The notes beneath the pieces are model-generated. The model ran no database searches and was not told the origin of the DNA. It worked only from the letters and a program-made list of their open reading frames with translations. Both the position numbers and the translations under genes were made by a program. From a virus (taxonomy: Duplodnaviria; Heunggongvirae; Uroviricota; Caudoviricetes): 64,000 bases of DNA. Position 1 is the stretch's first letter; each line of letters opens with the position of its first letter. Of the stretch, positions 37,964 through 48,291 are shown one piece after another. The stretch is taken from positions 1-64,000 of the IMG/VR virus record IMGVR_UViG_3300029935_000001; one strand, given 5' to 3'.

Positions 37964-38395
37964 ATGACCGAGGCACTGTCTAAAAACAAGCGCCGGTTCT
38001 ACGAGCGTATGCTCGGTATTGCTGACCTAATCGGCGAGAACAGTAACGAACCCCGTTACCGCTTCGGGGCTGTGCTTGAGTTCAATAAGACGGTGATCTC
38101 GTCGGGCTACAACTACCGCAAGACGCACCCGTTTGTTTTTCGCAATGGCTATAGGCGTGAAGAGGGCAAACAGGGCCGCACGTTTGTTCATAGCGAAGTG
38201 AGCTGCTTGAGCCGCATTCGCGTGGTTCCCAAAGGGGCTACTCTTTTTGTAAGCCGACGGGATCGGTTCGGAAACCGCCAGTTCGGTCGCCCTTGTCCGG
38301 TGTGCCTGGAGCAGATTCGTATCAAAGGTGTCGAGACGGTGGTCTATACTACCGAGTCTGGCTTTGCAGTGGAGTATTTTTCTCATGACGACTGA
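37964..38395 (+). CDS. cytidine/deoxycytidylate deaminase family
   Basis: HSE, PCPVC. Confidence 0.8.
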   Translation: MTEALSKNKRRFYERMLGIADLIGENSNEPRYRFGAVLEFNKTVISSGYNYRKTHPFVFRNGYRREEGKQGRTFVHSEVSCLSRIRVVPKGATLFVSRRDRFGNRQFGRPCPVCLEQIRIKGVETVVYTTESGFAVEYFSHDD

Positions 38396-39816
38396 AATTT
38401 TTTACAAAATCCGTAACCGCAAGACTGGCTTGTTTAGCAAAGGCGGCAGCCCAGGCAATGTCTCTTGGGTGAAGCGGGCTGGCAAAACATGGAATTCGCT
38501 TGGCACCCTGCGCAGTCACATCTCGCAGCATTTGCCGAGTGAATACAAGCTCAGATGCACTGATATGAGCGACTGGGAAGTAGTCGAGTATGTGGTCACC
38601 GAATCGAAGGCGCGGCCCATCTCCGAGCTCATGTCCGACAAGCAACTAGTCCAACTGTTAACGCATTCTGGTTGACCTTTCTGTGCAGACCCGGTATAAT
38701 AGCTACATAACGTAAAGGAGCTAGCAAATGAGCAACCCCGAATCACTAGCAGTGTTTGTGGTAATGACCAACAAAGACCTCACTGAAGGTAAAGGCGGCG
38801 ACGAGCCGCTGATGCTGTGCGAAACCGCTACTACTGCTGCGCGTCTTGGAAAAGGCCGGTACGTTCAGGGTTCTGATTGCCCGGTGATTGAAGTGCCAGC
38901 AGTCAAGCTCAATGGCGAATGGTGGCTGCCTGTGCGCCGGATTCCGATCGAGCGTGCTTCGACCGAGGACCTGGCGTTTGAACACCAACAAGCTGTTGAC
39001 GCCGCCCGAGCTCGTGCCAAAGCGGCCGCCCTCCGGAAGGCGCAAGCTGCTGGGCTTAGTGACGATGACATTGCTGCCCTTATTGGATACTAACATGACC
39101 GACCAAAAAGCAAAGCGTCTACTCAAAGACATGATGGACCGAGGGTTAGGCGTTTCCGGGCATCATGTTAGCAACGGCGCCGACTACTACCAATGCTCGA
39201 TGTGCTTTGCCAGCAAAGACACCATGGGGTTTGCGGACATCGAGGCCCGACTCGACGACGTGGATCACCGCCCAGACTGTGATCTCGTGAAGATTGCTAA
39301 CTGGCTCAACGAACAGTTTCCAGAGGAAGAATGATGCTTACTGTTGAAGAACGCCTGCGTTTGTGCCACCAAGGTACCGCTTGGATGGGCACCCTTATTG
39401 AAAAACAGCTTCGCGAGCTCACCGACCTCTTGGCCGCCTCCGAACGGTCAGATGCCGAGAGCCTGGCGATGTACCGCAGTGCTCGAGATCGTGCCGATCG
39501 TCTCCAGCTCGAGATTGACGAGATCAAGCAAACCGAGTTCCCGCGCCGCGTCGAGAAAGTGGCCGAGGCCTGGCGCAACAAAGTCGAGCAGCTTACTGAG
39601 GCCGAAGCTGTTATGCGGCGCAACGCCCTTGAGCACCAAGCCGAGGCCGAAAAACTGCGCGAAGCGCTGGCTGACTGCGTGCGTTACATCAGGGTCTATG
39701 CCGATCCCGACCGTGAAGGAATCGACCCCGACACCGTCGAAAAGGCCGAAGAACTTCTTGCAAAATTCGACATCCTGTAGTATAATCAATACTTAAATAA
39801 AGCCGAGGCTGCAACT

Positions 39817-40962
39817 ATGCTCCAAGTTCAAGAATACCTGCGTGACACCCGATTTGCCGATAACTTCGCTGCGCTCGAAGTTCTTGAGGCCGAGCTGGGC
39901 ATTAAGGCACGCATTTACGAAGACGACAACCTCGTCCTACTCGACTACAACCAGATCGAGTCGCCCAAGACTCACCCGATTGTGATCGAGTGCCGTTCGC
40001 TGATCTTGGCACTCGATACCTTTGAGGTTGTGTCGCAAAAGTTCCGACGCTTCTTCAACCTTGGTGAAGCTCCGGATCTGGTTGCTGGTATGGACTACTC
40101 GAAGTCAGTTGTTCTCGAAAAGGCCGACGGCTCGCTGAGCGGTGTGTATCGCAACCCGCATACCAAGCAGTGGGAGATTTCAACCCGCGGTATGGCCAAG
40201 GCCGAGGGCGAGCATATTATGGGCGGCACCTTCCGTGAGCGGATGCGGAGCGCGTTTGGCTTTGCTGACGAAGCCGAGTTCCAGAAATACTTCAATACTG
40301 CTCCGGCGATCAACCAACGTGCCACTTACATCTTCGAGTTCACCTCGCCTGAAAACCGCATTGTGACCAAGTACGAAAAGCCGGAGATGGTGTTGATCGG
40401 CGCAACCCTCGACGGCCGGGAGTTCTCGCTTGAGGGCTTGACGATCTTGGCGCAGTTGATGATCCAAGATGGTCTCACTGTGCGTATGCCGCAAGTGTTC
40501 CCTGCCACTGACGCCAAGGCGCTGGTTGAGATGGTCAATGCGTTTGAGAACCTGGCTGAGGGCGTAGTAGTGTGGGAAGAATCCACCGGGCGCCGTGTGA
40601 AGATCAAGTCGCAAACCTACCTGGCGGCACATAAATTGCGCGGCAACGACGCAGTGCCAACCCGCAAGAACATGATGGCTGTTGTGCTCGAGGGCGAAAT
40701 CGACGAGCTGCTGGCTGTGTTTCCCGAGTTTCGGCAGTATGCGGAACCGGTGCTGGCCGATGTAGCCGAAGTTGAGCGCCAAATTACCGAGGTGTGGGCT
40801 GCGACCAAAGACATCGCTGAGCAAAAAGCGTTCGCGCTTGCTGTTGTGCCGCACGGGCGCATCTCGAAGGTACTGTTTGAAGCCCGCAAGCTCGGTGCCG
40901 AGCCGCTAAAGACTTTCCATGCTATGCCGCTCAACACCAAGATGGGTATTGTCGGACTGTAA
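39817..40962 (+). CDS. RNA ligase, T4 Rnl1-like
   Basis: ECR, FFN.GE, EKADGS, FEF, EG.VV, KIK motifs. Confidence 0.88.
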   Translation: MLQVQEYLRDTRFADNFAALEVLEAELGIKARIYEDDNLVLLDYNQIESPKTHPIVIECRSLILALDTFEVVSQKFRRFFNLGEAPDLVAGMDYSKSVVLEKADGSLSGVYRNPHTKQWEISTRGMAKAEGEHIMGGTFRERMRSAFGFADEAEFQKYFNTAPAINQRATYIFEFTSPENRIVTKYEKPEMVLIGATLDGREFSLEGLTILAQLMIQDGLTVRMPQVFPATDAKALVEMVNAFENLAEGVVVWEESTGRRVKIKSQTYLAAHKLRGNDAVPTRKNMMAVVLEGEIDELLAVFPEFRQYAEPVLADVAEVERQITEVWAATKDIAEQKAFALAVVPHGRISKVLFEARKLGAEPLKTFHAMPLNTKMGIVGL

Positions 40963-41810
40963 GCACCGAACCGGAAGCAATGCGCTATACTATAGCGCAT
41001 TGCTTTTCTGAAAATACACAAGCCCACTATGAAAAAGCCAGTCGTGGTACATCGGTTGAGCACCCGGAACGACAGGGCCAACACTGTGCTGGGCCATATC
41101 CGGTGGTGCCGCGCGAGCCTCGGAGTACGAGGAGTAGACTGGGATTTTTTTGCCACTGGCACCACTGTTGAGGTTATGATTTACAACCAGCAAGCCGCTT
41201 CATTTTACGCTTTGAAATTTCCTGCAGCAAAGGCACAATGAGTTTGGTTACTGCTGCTTGCACAGTTAATTGTACCTTGCCTGCTGTTATGCACAAGCAC
41301 GAGCCGTATGAAGTATTTTTAATTGAGCGACGTATAACTTCGCAGGTAATCGAAACACACGGCGGCGCTATTATTAAGTGGGTGAGTCGCAAAACCCACC
41401 CGGACTATAGCAGTGACCACACATGGATGGTTAGGTGCAACGAAGTTACCTTAACTGCATTGACCCTGGTGTGCAAGAGCGTTACCATCGTAGGATGATA
41501 TGAGCAAAATTCACGTCGAATGCGAGGTCCAGGCGCAATTGCCTAAGACCAAGACCTCGCGAACTTTTGCGGCACAGTTTAGCGCAGAGCAAGAGCAAAC
41601 CCGCAAAATTATCAACCGAGCCGGCGGTCTGGCAACCACCTGGCTCGGAGGCGACTGGTTTGGTGGCAAAAACTTGCACAAGTGGGCAGTTGTTTGCGAC
41701 GAAGTTGCCCTAACTGCATTGACCCTGGTGTGCAAGAGCGTTACTATAACTGAACGCTAAATACAGCAGAGTAGAGAGACTACTCACTATCTTATTCTAA
41801 GGAGCTTAGA

Positions 41811-42854
41811 GTGCCAAATAAATCATACGACGCCATCGTCTTCGTTGGCCGTTTTCAACCAGTCCACACGCAACACCTTGCCACCATGCGCCGAGCGCTG
41901 GAGCTCGCAGATCAACTCATTGTTGCTGTTGGGAGCTCTAACCGAGCCCGTAACATTCGCGACCCATGGACTTACGCTGAGCGCGTCTCGTTTATCTCTG
42001 CTAACTTTGCGCCGGAGGATCGTGCTCGCATTCGGTTCATTCCAGTTAAAGACCACCTCTACAATAACACACTGTGGGCAGCGCGGCTTACTGGCAGTAT
42101 CATGCAGGAAGTGGGCGATCGCAAGCGCATTGGCCTAATCGGCGCCGCCAAAGATGAGACCACGTTTTACCTCAACCTGTTCCCCACCTTCGAGCGCATT
42201 GACACACCGCTGGTCGCAGGCATTGACGCTACTCGAATTCGCGAAATTATCTTCGGCTACGGCCGCGGGATCGCCGACACCCAAGTCGGCGCGGTGCTCA
42301 CTGCTGCTACAGTCGAGGCCATTCTCCGGTGGAGCCGCAACAACGGCGAGGAGTTTGCGCGCATCACTCGTGAGCAGCTATTCCTCAGCCAGTACCGCGC
42401 AATGTGGGAAGTAGCCCCGTACCCTCCAACCTTTGTTACCGTTGACGCGGTTGTAACATGCGGCAATCACGTGCTCATGGTCGAGCGCAAAGCTGCGCCG
42501 GGCGAAGGGCTTATGGCGCTACCCGGAGGGTTCATCAACCCGAAAGAAACGCTCGAGGACGCTTGTATCCGCGAGCTACGCGAAGAAACCCGCCTCAAGG
42601 TACCTGCGCCAGTGATCCGCGGCTGTATCAAGAGCTCGCACGTTTTTGACCACCCACTTCGTAGCCTACGTGGCCGCACTATTACGCACGCGTACCACAT
42701 CCAGCTTAACGACACCGAGCTGCCGCGTGTCAAGGGCGGCGACGATGCGGCACGCGCCTTCTGGGTTCCGCTACACGAGATTGTAGAGCGGCAGACCGAG
42801 ATCTACGAAGACCACGCATTTATCATCGAATATTTCACCGGCGTCTCACTGTAA
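41811..42854 (+). CDS. nadM: bifunctional NMN adenylyltransferase/Nudix hydrolase
   Basis: GRFQP.H..H, Nudix box GG....E......REL.EET. Confidence 0.92.
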   Translation: MPNKSYDAIVFVGRFQPVHTQHLATMRRALELADQLIVAVGSSNRARNIRDPWTYAERVSFISANFAPEDRARIRFIPVKDHLYNNTLWAARLTGSIMQEVGDRKRIGLIGAAKDETTFYLNLFPTFERIDTPLVAGIDATRIREIIFGYGRGIADTQVGAVLTAATVEAILRWSRNNGEEFARITREQLFLSQYRAMWEVAPYPPTFVTVDAVVTCGNHVLMVERKAAPGEGLMALPGGFINPKETLEDACIRELREETRLKVPAPVIRGCIKSSHVFDHPLRSLRGRTITHAYHIQLNDTELPRVKGGDDAARAFWVPLHEIVERQTEIYEDHAFIIEYFTGVSL

Positions 42855-42936
42855 CGGTAAATAGTATTACGCAGCAGGGGTTGCCGCACCTTAAGCCCAC
42901 TCTCCAGATGAGTGGCACACTGATAAGGAGTTTATC

Positions 42937-43647
42937 ATGAGCTTTAGCAAATCCATTCTATTCAACGTTGATTCCTATAAGGTTTCGATGAGCGAGCAGT
43001 ATCCGCCTAACACCACTGGGGTGTATAGCTACATCGAAGCACGAGGCGGACGTTTTGATCACACTGTATTCTTTGGCCTACAGGCATTTATCAAAGAATA
43101 CCTACTCAACCCTATTACCCAAGACGAGATTGATCTCGCTGCCGAACTGTATGCCGAGCACGGCGAGCCTTTTAACCGTGCTGGCTGGGAATACATCCTC
43201 GACCAGCACGGCGGACGTCTACCACTGCGTATCCGCGCAGTGCCCGAGGGCACTGTGGTGCCTATCAAGAACGTGCTTGTCACTGTGGAGAACACTGACC
43301 CAGCCGTTCCGTGGCTCACTACCTGGGCCGAAACCGCGATGCTGCGTGGCGTGTGGTACCCAACTACTGTAGCAACGCAGTCTTGGACTATCAAGCAAAT
43401 CATTCTCGACTACCTGGAGAAGACTGGTGACCCTTCTACTATCGGCTTTAAGCTACACGACTTTGGCGCTCGTGGTGTATCTAGTTGGGAAAGTGCTGGA
43501 ATTGGTGGTGCTGCGCACCTTGTCAACTTTCAAGGCACGGATACTGTTAGCAGCCTACTATTTGCTCGTAATTATTACAGTGCTCGGATGGCAGGATTTA
43601 GCATTCCTGCTAGTGAGCATTCTATTTCTTGCAGTTACGGTAAGTAA
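42937..43647 (+). CDS. nadV: nicotinamide phosphoribosyltransferase, N-terminal fragment
   Basis: DSYK, HDFGARG, GTD, SIPASEHS. Confidence 0.9.
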   Translation: MSFSKSILFNVDSYKVSMSEQYPPNTTGVYSYIEARGGRFDHTVFFGLQAFIKEYLLNPITQDEIDLAAELYAEHGEPFNRAGWEYILDQHGGRLPLRIRAVPEGTVVPIKNVLVTVENTDPAVPWLTTWAETAMLRGVWYPTTVATQSWTIKQIILDYLEKTGDPSTIGFKLHDFGARGVSSWESAGIGGAAHLVNFQGTDTVSSLLFARNYYSARMAGFSIPASEHSISCSYGK

Positions 43648-43701
43648 ATATTGTTCTGTGGCAGAAATCGTATAAATGCACCGCGGAGAAGGGTGCGCTA
43701 T

Positions 43702-44844
43702 ATGTTTTATACGATTTACAAAATTACAAACAAAATTACAGGTCAAATTTATATCGGGCAACATATTACTGATGATTTAGATGACGGGTATATGGGGTCA
43801 GGCATAAGAATCACTAACTCTATTGCCAAGTATGGCAAGGATCGTTTTGATAAAGAAATTTTGTTTGTGTTTAACAACTTCGAAGACATGAACAAAAAAG
43901 AGTCGGAGTTGGTAAATGAAGATTTTATCAGGCGCCCAGACACACTTAATGTAGTGTTAGGCGGTACAGGATGGTGTACAAAAGGAACAGTGTCTGTTGA
44001 GAAGTTGTCAAACCCCGGAGTTTTTGTTAGAATACCTGTCGACCATTTTAACCCTGATATTTACAGATACCCAACATCCGACTCGGTGCAAGTTTATCTA
44101 AAAGCAACTGGCGAGAAATTTAGAGTAAGCACAGAGGAATATCAAAACAACAAAAATCTGTACAATGCAGTATCAACTGGCAAGGTATCGGTGAAGTGTA
44201 AAACGACTGGAAAAACATTGTCTATCCCTGTAGACGAATTTGATCCATCCTTTTATGAAAAGGTTTTAGGTGGCATTGTCGTAGAAAAAGATGGAAAACG
44301 ACAGTATGTAACAAAAGATGAATTTATCGCCGGTAATTTTAGTGGCCTGCATGTTGGAAAAATAACCGCATTCGACAAAGAGACTGGAAAGAGAAAACAC
44401 ATAACAAGAGAAGAATACTATAAAAATAAGGATAGATATCTCCCAAATGGGACCGGCACGGCTGTTGTTAAAGATAAGATAACCGGCAAGCGAACAAGAA
44501 TCCCATCCGTGATGATCGACCCATCACTGCACATCGTAGGAACAACCGGTTGGGCTACTGTATACGATATAACAGTGGGTAAATTTTTAAACATCCCAAA
44601 AGGAACGATTGACCGTAGTAAGCATAAGCGAGCTAACGATAAAAAGTTTATTTGTTATAACCCCAACGGATCTATTAGATTTGAATTCTGGGGCAGGAAA
44701 CAAGAGTTCTTGAAGCAATACAACTGTCCTGCTAGTGTCTGGGAAGCTGCGGTGAATAGTAAAACATTTACTTCAGATCGAGTAAAAAGCAAAGAATTTA
44801 ATGGGTGCAGGTTCGTACTCATTGATTGGAAGTCCCGAAGATAG
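43702..44844 (+). CDS. GIY-YIG homing endonuclease splitting nadV
   Basis: TIYKITN.ITGQIYIGQH, GYMGSG. Confidence 0.88.
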   Translation: MFYTIYKITNKITGQIYIGQHITDDLDDGYMGSGIRITNSIAKYGKDRFDKEILFVFNNFEDMNKKESELVNEDFIRRPDTLNVVLGGTGWCTKGTVSVEKLSNPGVFVRIPVDHFNPDIYRYPTSDSVQVYLKATGEKFRVSTEEYQNNKNLYNAVSTGKVSVKCKTTGKTLSIPVDEFDPSFYEKVLGGIVVEKDGKRQYVTKDEFIAGNFSGLHVGKITAFDKETGKRKHITREEYYKNKDRYLPNGTGTAVVKDKITGKRTRIPSVMIDPSLHIVGTTGWATVYDITVGKFLNIPKGTIDRSKHKRANDKKFICYNPNGSIRFEFWGRKQEFLKQYNCPASVWEAAVNSKTFTSDRVKSKEFNGCRFVLIDWKSRR

Positions 44845-44875
44845 ACTTCGGGCATTTTATTTTAAGGAGATTAAA

Positions 44876-45553
44876 ATGAGCGAAAGACAATATGCGTTGA
44901 ATATGATCGATAAATTTGCGAAACCCGGTGCTATTTTTGCAATGGTAGCAGATTCGTATGATGTTTTTAAGTTTTGTGAAATGTTAGGCTCCGACCCGGA
45001 AATAAAAGCTAAAATTAAAGCGCACGGTGCTACTGGTGGTTTTGTTGTTATTCGCCCCGACTCGGGCGATCCTGTTGAGGTTAACTGTAGATTGATCGAA
45101 ATTCTTGGCAAAAATTTCGGGTACACTGTTAACACAAAAGGGTTCAAAGTTCTCAACTATGTTCGCCTCATCCAAGGCGATGGAGTCAACGAATATACAG
45201 TCCGTGGCATCCTTGAAGCCTTTATGGCCGCCGGATGGAGTGCCGACAACGTGGCGTTTGGTATGGGCGGCGCCTTGCTTGGTGCGCCACAACGCGATGA
45301 CCAAAAATGGGCTATGAAGTGCTCGGCGGCTAAGATCGATGGTGTGTGGGTGCCTGTGCAGAAGGACCCAGTCACCGACTCGGGCAAGCGTAGCAAGGCT
45401 GGACGCGTGACACTGTTCCGAGACCGGGATGGCCAGTACCGCAGCGGTGTTGAAGATTGGGAGCAAGACGCTCTGCAGACGGTGTTTGAAAACGGTCGCC
45501 TGCTAGTTGACGACTCTTTTGACGCGATTCGTGCTCGCAGCAATCAGCGATAA
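44876..45553 (+). CDS. nadV: nicotinamide phosphoribosyltransferase, C-terminal fragment
   Basis: DSYD, IRPDSGDP, IQGDG, FGMGG.L, K.P.TD.GK.SK.G; own RBS taaggag. Confidence 0.9.
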   Translation: MSERQYALNMIDKFAKPGAIFAMVADSYDVFKFCEMLGSDPEIKAKIKAHGATGGFVVIRPDSGDPVEVNCRLIEILGKNFGYTVNTKGFKVLNYVRLIQGDGVNEYTVRGILEAFMAAGWSADNVAFGMGGALLGAPQRDDQKWAMKCSAAKIDGVWVPVQKDPVTDSGKRSKAGRVTLFRDRDGQYRSGVEDWEQDALQTVFENGRLLVDDSFDAIRARSNQR

Positions 45554-47147
45554 CCGTTGACAACGCTCCACTGGACTAGTATAATAACAACATACTACGC
45601 AGTGGAGCTAATCATGAATGCCTGGCAGTTCCTTCGAGACCTCGACACAGTGTGTCAATTCCAAACGCGCGAAGGCAAGCGAGTCGGTAAGGCGTCAGCC
45701 TCTGAGCTCAAGCGCTGGCTCCAAAATGGCGCTATGGTAGTGAATGGTGAGAAGGTAGCGTGGGACGAGCCCATGGACTTTCCTATCATTTCTATTGTGC
45801 TGTTCCCCAAGAACCCCATCACTCTTTTCTAACAAGGACGTTCCAATGAAATCTTTTATCGCGGTACTCATGTTTGTTTTTGCGTTGCCTGCGTTTGCGC
45901 AGCTCAACTCAAGCAACGTTAATCAAGCTGGGTTTAACCAGCTCACTGAAGAACAAAAGGCGCAGGTGGTCCAGCACGTAGCTACACTAGCAGCGCAACA
46001 AAGCGGTCCACAAGCGGTTGTAGAAAAAGCAAACACATGGGCCCAGGTTGGGCAGGGTCTCGGACAAGGGCTAGTGGCTATGGCCCGCGAAATGGGCGTT
46101 GCTGTTAATGAGTTCGCAGGCACCACTGTGGGAAAAATTGCCACGGTGATGCTGCTATGGCACTATATGGGCAACGATCTTATGCGCCTGGCCGCCGGGT
46201 TCGTAGTCGCTGTAGTCGGACTAGGGTACCTACGTTGGCTGATGAATCATCAGTTTCCAACGGAAATCAGGTATAGCGAGACTGAAAAAAACGTATTTGG
46301 CAATCGTGTTGTAGTTAACCGCAGGCGCGCGAGCGTAAATGCAGAGGCTGCGTTCCTCTATTTCATTGGCGCAGTCGTTGTTATTGGCGCCGCTGCCCTT
46401 ACTGCGTTCGTGTAATGCGCACTGTTGCTATTCTCGAAGATGGCGACACTATTGAGCCTACTGATTGGTGTCGGCCACTTCAACTGACTTCGGGCGGCTA
46501 CTCTGACGGGATTTCGTTTCGAAACTGTTACAGTGGCACGCCTGAAAACAATGTAAAATGGGTTCTGGCCAAGAACATATTAAGCGCAAGCTGGATCGGC
46601 AAGACCGTACATGATCTCGCTGTATGCTTAGGCGAGCGGTACGAGTTTGTGCGTGGCGACGTGCCGCTGCAGCACCGTTTAAACATGAAAGATTACAACA
46701 AACTAGCGTAAGGAAACCCTCACATGGCTACGTTTAAAAAAGTTGCGTCCACTTTTCCGATCAACGCTCCGGTGGAGTGGATTGACTCGGCATCTGACAC
46801 TGTTCAAATTGGGCTGGTTGCAGGATACAGCACCAACTCAGTTGACGAGATTTGTGTAGAGGTTCGTCCAACCTCTGTTAAGGCACTCGGCGATCTAACA
46901 ACTGTGCGGGCTCTGAACCCAAACAACCGCATGGTTCAGCTCACTCATGCAGTAACCGGTGATCGACTTTGGTGACGTTCAATCCGGCATTGTTTTTGGT
47001 TGACAAAACTTACATCAACCGTTAAACTATATCTGTTGGTGCAGCAAATTGCAACAAGCACAAAAAAGTTTCAAAAAAGTGGTTGACCAGACAAACACAC
47101 TTCGTTATAATTAACACACTTACTAAACAAACACAGGAGTTTCAAAC

Positions 47148-48245
47148 ATGTCGAACGCTGTCGAACACCGCACTGTTACCGCCAAGGGCGCCCGTCAAGC
47201 TATCCTGCGTTGCTTCAAGGCGCAACGTCCGGTGTTCCTCTGGGGCCCTCCGGGCATCGGCAAGTCGGACGTGGTTGCTAGCATTGCTACCGAGCTCGAA
47301 GGCGCGCTGATTGACCTGCGCCTGGGCCAGATGGACCCGACTGACATTCGCGGCGTCCCGTACTTTAACAAGGATCTTGGCGTTATGGATTGGGCGCCGC
47401 CGATCGATCTGCCCACTGAGGAATTCGCTTCCCAGTATCCGGTGGTTGTTCTGTTCCTCGACGAAATGAACTCAGCTGCTCCGGCTGTGCAGGCTGCGGG
47501 CTACCAGCTGATCCTGAACCGTCGCGTGGGTAAGTATCGCCTGCCCGACAACGTGGTGATCGTGGCCGCTGGCAACCGCGAAAGCGACCGCGGCGTGACC
47601 TACCGTATGCCGACTCCGTTGGCCAACCGTTTTGTCCATATCGAAATGCGCCCGGACTTCCAAGCGTGGCAAGATTGGGCAATCGAGCACGGCATTCACA
47701 AGGACGTGGTTGGCTACCTGACCTACGCCAAGAGCGACCTGTACGACTTTGACGCCAAGTCGGCCTCGCGTGCTTTTGCTACGCCGCGTTCCTGGACTTT
47801 TGCCTCGGAACTGCTGTACGATGACAACGCGTCGCACGAGATGCTCACTGACCTGATCTCGGGCACGATTGGCGAGGGCCTGGCGATCAAGTTCATGGCG
47901 CACCGTCGAGTGGCTGCAGACATGCCGAACCCGTCGGACATCCTAGCGGGCAAGGTGAAAGAGCTCAAGGTCAAGGAAATCTCGGCGATGTATTCGCTGG
48001 TGATCTCGATGTGCTACGAGCTCAAGGAAGCGGTCAAGGCCAAAGTCGGCGACAAAGAGTTCCACGAGATGGCAGACAACTTCTTCAAGTTCATGATGGA
48101 CCATTTCGAGACTGAGCTTGTTGTGATGGGCGCGCGTGTTGCGCTGACCAACTACCAGCTCCCGTTTAGCCCGACCAAGCTGAAGAACTTCGATGATTTT
48201 CACAAGCGGTATGGTCGCTATATTCTCGAAGCTGCTAAGGGCTAA
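47148..48245 (+). CDS. MoxR-like AAA+ ATPase
   Basis: GPPGIGKS, FLDE, AAGN, NRF, TPRSW. Confidence 0.9.
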   Translation: MSNAVEHRTVTAKGARQAILRCFKAQRPVFLWGPPGIGKSDVVASIATELEGALIDLRLGQMDPTDIRGVPYFNKDLGVMDWAPPIDLPTEEFASQYPVVVLFLDEMNSAAPAVQAAGYQLILNRRVGKYRLPDNVVIVAAGNRESDRGVTYRMPTPLANRFVHIEMRPDFQAWQDWAIEHGIHKDVVGYLTYAKSDLYDFDAKSASRAFATPRSWTFASELLYDDNASHEMLTDLISGTIGEGLAIKFMAHRRVAADMPNPSDILAGKVKELKVKEISAMYSLVISMCYELKEAVKAKVGDKEFHEMADNFFKFMMDHFETELVVMGARVALTNYQLPFSPTKLKNFDDFHKRYGRYILEAAKG

Positions 48246-48291
48246 CTAACCCAAAGAAACAGGGCTTCGGCCCTGTTTTGCTATATACAGT

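Noticed and set aside
43651-43701. Longer ORF-track starts for HEGs and others (1393, 32568, 44801, 50537, 56299)
   Set aside because: Downstream ATGs fit the RBS/TAAATA context and domain starts better.
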